A stretch of DNA of 64,000 nt from Thiomargarita sp. Lineage in GTDB: Bacteria; Pseudomonadota; Gammaproteobacteria; Beggiatoales; Beggiatoaceae. Position 1 is the stretch's first letter. Each line of letters opens with the position of its first letter. Below the pieces are notes generated by a model. That model ran no database searches, had not been told where the DNA came from, and was given only the letters and a program-made list of their open reading frames with translations. Positions 57,956-64,000 of the stretch are shown here, piece after piece. The translations under genes and the position numbers were made by a program. The DNA lies in NCBI GenBank assembly GCA_020720115.1, contig DYPD01000001.1:3044-67043 (forward strand), written 5' to 3'.

Positions 57956-58462
57956 TTAAGAGATATTTTGGAGCACTATTTGCCAGTCGGTGCTGTTCAT
58001 GAGGAATTGCCAATTGAAAAATTCTTCTTCTAATAAGGGGAGGTGGGTGAATAAGGCTGTATAGTTGTTTTCTTCTGCTTGTTGTTCTAGGTAGTAGGCG
58101 AGTTCTCCTAAGCGGGTGGCGGCTATGCTACGGGCTTCGCCTTTTAAGGCGTGTAGTAGTTGCTTTAGTTGGTTGTGGGTGGGGTTGGATTCTTGGCTAA
58201 GGGCTTTGAGGGCTTGTAGGCGTTTTTGGGTGTCTTCGCTGAAAGCGGTTTTGAGTGCTTGTAATATGTCTGGGTTGCCGAGCACTAGCTGTTGTAGGCG
58301 CGGTATGTCGAGCACTGGAAGCTCTTTGAGGTTCAGTGGCAAGGCGCATTTGGCAGGTAATTGGCTGGCTGCTCTGGGACGGATAATAGGCGCATTTGAT
58401 GTGTAGGCTGTGGTGGTCATGTGGAGCATAATAGAATAGTCCTCTGGTTTGACATAGCGCAA
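57956..58462 (-). CDS. Hpt (histidine phosphotransfer) domain protein
   Basis: LKQLLHALKGEARSIAATRLGELAYYLEQ is the classic H-x-x-K-G Hpt helix. The start codon is uncertain. Confidence 0.7.
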   Translation of the reverse strand: MRYVKPEDYSIMLHMTTTAYTSNAPIIRPRAASQLPAKCALPLNLKELPVLDIPRLQQLVLGNPDILQALKTAFSEDTQKRLQALKALSQESNPTHNQLKQLLHALKGEARSIAATRLGELAYYLEQQAEENNYTALFTHLPLLEEEFFNWQFLMNSTDWQIVLQNIS

Positions 58463-58612
58463 AGCAGCCTGGTGAGTGAAGGAAGCGGGGGTGTTTTATG
58501 TTTTTTTAAGCAATGCTTGCACCATGCAAAAATAATATATAAATCAATGTCTTTTTGTGTTAAATTGAGTTTTTTGTGGGATTTGGGTGGCGATTTTTTG
58601 CTGTCCTTGCAA

Positions 58613-58634
58613 ATTGCAAAACATTTTGCAATTG
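58613..58634. promoter_or_regulatory. perfect palindrome, candidate operator upstream of the glycosylation-type cluster
   Basis: AATTGCAAAA ca TTTTGCAATT, 45 bp upstream of ATG 58679. Confidence 0.3.
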
Positions 58635-58678
58635 TTTAGGGCTTTTCATTTAAAAACAGGTTATTTGGTTTTAAGTTT

Positions 58679-60451
58679 ATGCGCTTTCTTAATGTTTTTA
58701 ATTTTCGTGTCTGGCATGGGTTGCTGATTTGCGCTGCTGTGTGGGGGTTGTATGGGCATACCTTGGATGTCCCCTTTTATATGGATGATTTCTCTTCTAT
58801 TCAGGAGAATCCTTTAATTTACAATTGGCAGGGGGTGGATGCTTTATGGCAATACGCGCCTGCTAGAATTGTTGGGTATTTGAGTTTTGCTTTGAATTAT
58901 GCTTTACATCAATTCAATACGGCTGGTTTTCATGTGGTGAATATTTGGCTGCATTGTTTGGTGGGAATGGCTTTGTATGCTTTGTTGGCGGGCTTGTTGC
59001 GCACGCCGCATGTGCGCAAGGCGGTTGAGACGCATCCGCTGTTGCTGTGGCTGCCGTTGGTGGCAACTTTGCTGTTTGTGCTGCATCCGCTACATATTCA
59101 GGCGGTGACTTACATTGTGCAGCGCCTCGCGGCGTTGGCGGCGTTGTTTTATATTGCGGCAATGGCGGCTTTTGTGCAGGCGCGGCTGGCGCAAGGGCGT
59201 ACCCGTTGGCTATGGGCAGTTGCTTGCGTGTTGCTGGGGGGATTGGGTTTGCTGACTAAGCAAAATACCGTGACTTTGCCGCTGGCTTTGCTGCTGCTGG
59301 AGGCGCTGTTTTTTAGCGAAAATCGGCAGCGTTTGTTGTTGTTGACGGGCGGCGTCTTTTTGGGTTTGTTCGGTTTGTGGGTGCTGCTGGCGTATGGTTT
59401 TCAATACCACCCTTTTTCGCTGGATGCTATGCAGGCGGCGACGCGGGAGACCACTACCATTTCGCGTGAGGATTATCTGGCAACGCAAATGACGGTGATC
59501 TGGACTTATATCCGCTTGTTTTTTCTGCCAATTGGGCTGCATATTGACTATGATTTAGTGCCGCTGACGGGGTTTGCTAATGTTACTGTGTTGAAGGCGC
59601 TGCTGGCGCACTTGGGCATTGTGGGGTTGGCGCTCTGGTCTGCACGGCGTCATCCGTTGCTGGCTTTTGCGCTCTTGTTTTATTACTTGGCGCACAGCGT
59701 GGAATCCAGCGTGATTCCCATCCGCGACGTGATTTTTGAACACCGCACCTATTTGCCTGACCTGGGTTTAGTGCTCTTGAGTGCTTGGTTTGTGCTTTTG
59801 ATTGTGCCGCTGTGGTTGCACTGTTACGCGATCCTTGCCTTGTTATTACTGACCTTTAGTGTACAAAGTTATGCCACTTGGCAACGCAATCAGCTTTGGC
59901 GCGATCCCATTGCTTTGTGGCGCGATAATGTTCAACAAGCGCCGAACAACCCACGCGGCTGGTCTATTTTGGGTAAGCATTATTTGCAAGCGCAGCGTCC
60001 CCTAGAAGGTATTGATGCTTTGCAGCGTTCTATGCGCTTGCAAAAAGCTTCTGGCAAAAACAGCATTAACACCATTGATGTCATTAATTTAATTGTAGGA
60101 TTGAAGTTGCTTAAACGCTATGAAGAAGCGTTAGAATTAACGCATAATGTGATGGAGCATCCAATGCAACCGATGCTAAAAGCAAAGTTTCTTATTAACC
60201 AGGGTAATATTTACTTTGAAATGCAGCGTTTGCCGGAAGCCGAAGCGGCGCTACGCAAAGCCATTGAAGTTGATCCCAACAGCATTATCGGACGCGCTAA
60301 CCTCGCCAGCTTGCTGGGTAACACCGGGCGTTTTGACGAAGCCGAAGCCCTGTATCTGGAAGTTTTGCGTATTGATCCCGATAGCCAAGTGACCCAAACC
60401 AATTTGGCAACTTTGCGTAAATTCCGTGAACAGCAACAGGGTGTCCAATAA
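58679..60451 (+). CDS. polytopic membrane protein with C-terminal TPR repeats (TMTC/PMT-like putative glycosyltransferase)
   Basis: About 11 TM helices. The N-terminal HTLDVPFYMDDFSSIQENPLI motif is common to TPR-fused GT-C-like proteins. The C-terminal TPR is AEAALRKAIEVDPNS...AEALYLEVLRIDPDS. Confidence 0.7.
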   Translation: MRFLNVFNFRVWHGLLICAAVWGLYGHTLDVPFYMDDFSSIQENPLIYNWQGVDALWQYAPARIVGYLSFALNYALHQFNTAGFHVVNIWLHCLVGMALYALLAGLLRTPHVRKAVETHPLLLWLPLVATLLFVLHPLHIQAVTYIVQRLAALAALFYIAAMAAFVQARLAQGRTRWLWAVACVLLGGLGLLTKQNTVTLPLALLLLEALFFSENRQRLLLLTGGVFLGLFGLWVLLAYGFQYHPFSLDAMQAATRETTTISREDYLATQMTVIWTYIRLFFLPIGLHIDYDLVPLTGFANVTVLKALLAHLGIVGLALWSARRHPLLAFALLFYYLAHSVESSVIPIRDVIFEHRTYLPDLGLVLLSAWFVLLIVPLWLHCYAILALLLLTFSVQSYATWQRNQLWRDPIALWRDNVQQAPNNPRGWSILGKHYLQAQRPLEGIDALQRSMRLQKASGKNSINTIDVINLIVGLKLLKRYEEALELTHNVMEHPMQPMLKAKFLINQGNIYFEMQRLPEAEAALRKAIEVDPNSIIGRANLASLLGNTGRFDEAEALYLEVLRIDPDSQVTQTNLATLRKFREQQQGVQ

Positions 60452-60454
60452 AAC

Positions 60455-61591
60455 ATGCCATCTAATCATCCTATCCCCTTAAAGGTTTTGCTTACCAGCA
60501 CTTCTTATCCCGCAACTCGTGAAGATTGGCGAGGGGTGTTTATTGCTCATATGACTCATGCTTTAGCTGCGCAACCGAATACAGAAATCAGCATTTGGGC
60601 GCCGCCAGGTGAATTGCCAAGCAAGGTACGCTACCTGTGTACTCCTCAAGAACGCGAGTGGCTACACAATCTAATGGAACAAGGTGGGATTGCGCACTTG
60701 CTCCGTCAAGGTGGTTTACAAGCAGGGCGTTCTGCTTGGCATTTGTTGAGTTTGTTGCGCACGTTTTATCGGCGCGAACGTGGACAAGCCGATGTACTGC
60801 ATATCAATTGGTTGCAGAATGCTTTGCCATTAGGTAAAGGAAAAGAACCCTTGCTGGTGACAGTGCTGGGCAGTGATTTGAAATTGCTGAAACTACCCGG
60901 CATGGCGTTATTACTACGCCGCGTTATGCGCGAGCGTCCAACTATAATTGCTCCCAATGCGGAATGGATGGTTGAACCTTTGCAAAAACAATTTGGTGCA
61001 GTTGCAGAAATTCGCCCTATTGTATTCGGCATTGCTGATGTTTGGTACGCATTAAAACGCAATTGGCAACAACCACAAAAAAAATGGTTAGTCGTATTGC
61101 GCCTGACCAAAAAGAAAATAGGACATTTATTTGAATGGGGAGAAAGCTTGTTTAAAGACAGTGAACAAGAATTGCACTTATTTGGTCCCATGCAAGAAGA
61201 AATGAACATTCCTAGCTGGGTGTATTATCATGGTTCAACTCATCCTAAAGCCCTGCAAGAAACTTGGTTTCCTCAAGCCGCTGGGTTGATTTCTTTAAGC
61301 CAACATGATGAAGGGCGTCCGCAAGTAATGCTAGAAGCTATGGCAGCGGGTTTGCCTATTATTGCCTCAGATATTCCAGCGCATGTTGATTTATTACAAC
61401 ACCAAAAAACAGGTTGGTTATGCCATAACCAAGCAGGTTTTAACCAAGCCATTCATCATTTAAGCGATGTTGATACAAATGAAGCACTTTCTCAACAAGC
61501 GCGAACTTGGGTTAAACAACATGTAGGAACTTGGGATGATTGCGCGCAACGCTATATGCAAGCCTATCGTGATTTACTGGAGCGAGCATGA
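60455..61591 (+). CDS. glycosyltransferase family 4 (GT-B)
   Basis: EGRPQVMLEAMAAGLPIIASDIPAH E-x7-E region. Confidence 0.85.
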   Translation: MPSNHPIPLKVLLTSTSYPATREDWRGVFIAHMTHALAAQPNTEISIWAPPGELPSKVRYLCTPQEREWLHNLMEQGGIAHLLRQGGLQAGRSAWHLLSLLRTFYRRERGQADVLHINWLQNALPLGKGKEPLLVTVLGSDLKLLKLPGMALLLRRVMRERPTIIAPNAEWMVEPLQKQFGAVAEIRPIVFGIADVWYALKRNWQQPQKKWLVVLRLTKKKIGHLFEWGESLFKDSEQELHLFGPMQEEMNIPSWVYYHGSTHPKALQETWFPQAAGLISLSQHDEGRPQVMLEAMAAGLPIIASDIPAHVDLLQHQKTGWLCHNQAGFNQAIHHLSDVDTNEALSQQARTWVKQHVGTWDDCAQRYMQAYRDLLERA

Positions 61592-62517
61592 GTTCTGCAC
61601 AAGGCATTCTAGTATTAGGCGCCAGTGGTTTTGTTGGACAACAACTGATACCGCATTTACCCTTGCCCGTTTATACCTTATCACGTCGTCCATTAACCAA
61701 TATGCCGACGGGTGTAAAAACGCTACAAACCCACTTAGATGACGTACAAATCCTAAAAGAAATCCTGCCGCATTGCCGCTGGTTAGTGCATTTAGCCAGC
61801 GATTCAACGCCCGGTGTATCGGCAGGCAAGCCCTTGTTTGAAGCAGAACACAATCTACTACCGAATTTACGTTTGTTTGAGTTGCTGCAAGATTATCCGC
61901 AGGTCAATTTGCTTTACTTATCTTCTGGCGGTGCGGTCTATGGTAATCCACAAGCAGACATTGTGTCAGAACAAAATCTATTGCAACCCTTATCCTATTA
62001 CGCTGCTGGTAAAATAGCCCTAGAAGCCTTTATTCTTGCATTAGTGCAACAAAGCCCGCGTCATGCAATAATTCTTCGACCTTCAAATTTCTATGGAACG
62101 GGTCAAACCTATCGCCCCGGCTTTGGCATTATTCCAACCATACTGGAATATCAGCGTCTTGGTAAACCTTTACAAATCTGGGGCGACGGCGAAAATGTGC
62201 GGGATTATTTGTTCATTAAAGACTTTATCGAATTATGTTTATTACTGTTGCAACAAACTGAACTTGAAACAGGGACAAAGATTTACAATGTAGGTGCGGG
62301 TCGTGGTTACAGCCTAAATCAACTTTGTGATCTCTTAGAACAAGTAACAGGACAACCCGTATTGCGTGAATATCACGCGGCGCGTACAGTAGATGTACGG
62401 CATATTGTATTAGATACTTCTCGCATTCACGCAGACTATAGTTGGCAAGCACAGACCAGTTTGCAGGAAGGGTTGCAACAGACGTGGGAATGGTGGAAAA
62501 CAGCTACAGGACAATAA
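61588..62517 (+). CDS. NAD-dependent epimerase/dehydratase (SDR)
   Basis: ILVLGASGFVGQQL, SSGGAVYG, YYAAGK (YxxxK). ATGA overlap with the GT4 gene. Confidence 0.85.
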   Translation: MSSAQGILVLGASGFVGQQLIPHLPLPVYTLSRRPLTNMPTGVKTLQTHLDDVQILKEILPHCRWLVHLASDSTPGVSAGKPLFEAEHNLLPNLRLFELLQDYPQVNLLYLSSGGAVYGNPQADIVSEQNLLQPLSYYAAGKIALEAFILALVQQSPRHAIILRPSNFYGTGQTYRPGFGIIPTILEYQRLGKPLQIWGDGENVRDYLFIKDFIELCLLLLQQTELETGTKIYNVGAGRGYSLNQLCDLLEQVTGQPVLREYHAARTVDVRHIVLDTSRIHADYSWQAQTSLQEGLQQTWEWWKTATGQ

Positions 62518-62519
62518 CC

Positions 62520-63275
62520 ATGCAGACAGCGTATCAACATGAATATTCACAACTAAACTACAGAGAATCAATGTATGATCGTGAAGCGCGAGAAAGAAAA
62601 GCACAGACAATGGTCAAAATATTAGCTGAATTTTATGGTGAAGCACGGCTAACAGAACTTAAAGTATTAGATATTGGGAGTTCCACCGGAATTATTGACA
62701 ATTATTTATCTAACTATTTTGCCAAAGTGACTGGTATTGATATTGATGCTGCTGCTATACAATTTGCACAGCAGGCTTTTAATAGAGAAAACTTGTTATT
62801 TCAATTAGATGATGCAATGAATTTAAGTTTTTCTGACAATAGTTTTGATGTTGTTATTTGCTCTCAGATTTATGAACATGTACCAGATGCCAAAAAGATG
62901 CTGGCAGAAATATATCGTGTTTTAGATTCTGGTGGTGTTTGTTATTTTGCTGCAACTAATCGTTTAAGTATTCAAGAACAGCATTATAATTTACCCTTTT
63001 TATCCATATTACCTAAATCAATAGCGCATTTATACCTTAAACTTACAAAAAAAGGCAATTTTTACTACGAAACTCATTTTACTTACTGGCATTTGAAAAA
63101 ATTAGTGAGCCAATTTGAATTGATTGATTTCACCAAAAATTTAATTTACTCTCCTGAAAAATATGATGCTGAATACATGCTTCCATTAAAATCCATGAAA
63201 CAAAAAATAGCTAAATTTATAGTGAAAAACTTCTATGCTTTATGTCCTGGCTATATATGGTTGTTAAAAAAATAG
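62520..63275 (+). CDS. class I SAM-dependent methyltransferase
   Basis: Motif I VLDIGSSTGII. FDVVICSQIYEHV and GGVCYFA. The start is taken at ATG 62520 rather than the track start 62442. Confidence 0.8.
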   Translation: MQTAYQHEYSQLNYRESMYDREARERKAQTMVKILAEFYGEARLTELKVLDIGSSTGIIDNYLSNYFAKVTGIDIDAAAIQFAQQAFNRENLLFQLDDAMNLSFSDNSFDVVICSQIYEHVPDAKKMLAEIYRVLDSGGVCYFAATNRLSIQEQHYNLPFLSILPKSIAHLYLKLTKKGNFYYETHFTYWHLKKLVSQFELIDFTKNLIYSPEKYDAEYMLPLKSMKQKIAKFIVKNFYALCPGYIWLLKK

Positions 63276-64000
63276 TGATAGATTTTTAATAAAGACCACA
63301 ACGTCATATCGCCTATAAAAATCACTATTCTAAATCCCGCAATTAGCACAGCAACAGAAGCCAAATGTAATGATGGGTTGAGCAAGTTTCCAGAAACCAC
63401 TTCAAATACCCCAATCCCCTGTGGGGCAAAAAAAGATACAAACCCGATTGCCCAAGCAAACATATAGGTTGATATTATTTCTAAGAGTGGAATGTTTTGC
63501 GTGAGCGAAGGAAAAGAGGTTAAATAAAAAACAAAAGAGGCAGACAAAACCATCCAGATATACAAATAAATAATCAGTCCCCAAAAATAACTCCTTCCAT
63601 CAATTCCATGAGGTGCTACAAGCAACATCCTATTGATAATGTATGGCATACTAAAAATACTGACTATGCCACCCACCATGCTCATGAGAGCAATCCAACC
63701 CCAATAAGTTTGCCCTTGAAAGTAATATAAGCCAGCCCCTCCCATAGAAAAAGCAATACTTAAAACGAAAAAATATTCAAAAACAAACAATGCGGTCAAT
63801 TGTGGATGATTAATACCTTGACGGCTAAAGTCCATCACTCGGCTGGCTGTGTGCCAGATACCCCCAGGTAAATAACGAGCCGGCAAACGTGTCACATAAG
63901 TTCTAAAAGCAAAGACATATGAAATATTAACGCCCGATGTGCGAGCACTGATCCAAGTACCCCAAGCCATACAAAAATGTCCAATCATCCAAATAAATAC
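63251..64000 (-). CDS. flippase-like / lysylphosphatidylglycerol-synthase-TM-type (UPF0104) membrane protein, 5' end beyond the right edge
   Basis: Polytopic, with FAPQGIGVFEVV near the C-terminus. The reading frame stays open from 63988 to the window end. Confidence 0.55.
   Translation of the reverse strand, partial: VFIWMIGHFCMAWGTWISARTSGVNISYVFAFRTYVTRLPARYLPGGIWHTASRVMDFSRQGINHPQLTALFVFEYFFVLSIAFSMGGAGLYYFQGQTYWGWIALMSMVGGIVSIFSMPYIINRMLLVAPHGIDGRSYFWGLIIYLYIWMVLSASFVFYLTSFPSLTQNIPLLEIISTYMFAWAIGFVSFFAPQGIGVFEVVSGNLLNPSLHLASVAVLIAGFRIVIFIGDMTLWSLLKIYHYFFNNHI

Overview
Chromosomal window from a gammaproteobacterium. Core synteny includes ppa, tyrA, ygfB, yfgM-bamB, rimP-nusA-infB, fabI, argG, pepA and aspS. 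A stand-alone soxB suggests a sulfur oxidiser (inference). I support about 55 protein genes, and I found no rRNA, tRNA or CRISPR array by eye. Two by-eye AT-rich accessory insertions interrupt the core. (i) About 39.97-43.11 kb, after soxB: a MITE-like nested inverted-repeat element followed by a translationally coupled SF1 helicase and DUF2290-like gene pair. This looks like an already named type of antiphage module. (ii) About 48.4-57.9 kb, after aspS: an intact phage-type Gp37/Gp68 gene with a decayed tcmP partner, then a tightly packed five-gene minus-strand operon. The operon encodes a metallophosphoesterase-TIR-like protein, an unannotated 56-aa secreted mini-protein, a 187-aa unknown, a 1490-aa STAND NTPase-coiled coil-TM-14xWD40 protein, and a 266-aa membrane protein. 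I consider this operon the best candidate for an undescribed NLR-like conflict or defence system. Other notable items are a 1244-aa Big_1 lipoprotein divergently paired with an orphan MshL-type secretin, a Cys-less AsnB-like gene coupled to an FAD oxidase-like gene, a possible attenuator in the argG leader, a two-component cluster, and a glycosylation-type cluster at the right edge. All family calls come from motif recognition by eye. No searches were run and GC statements are qualitative.
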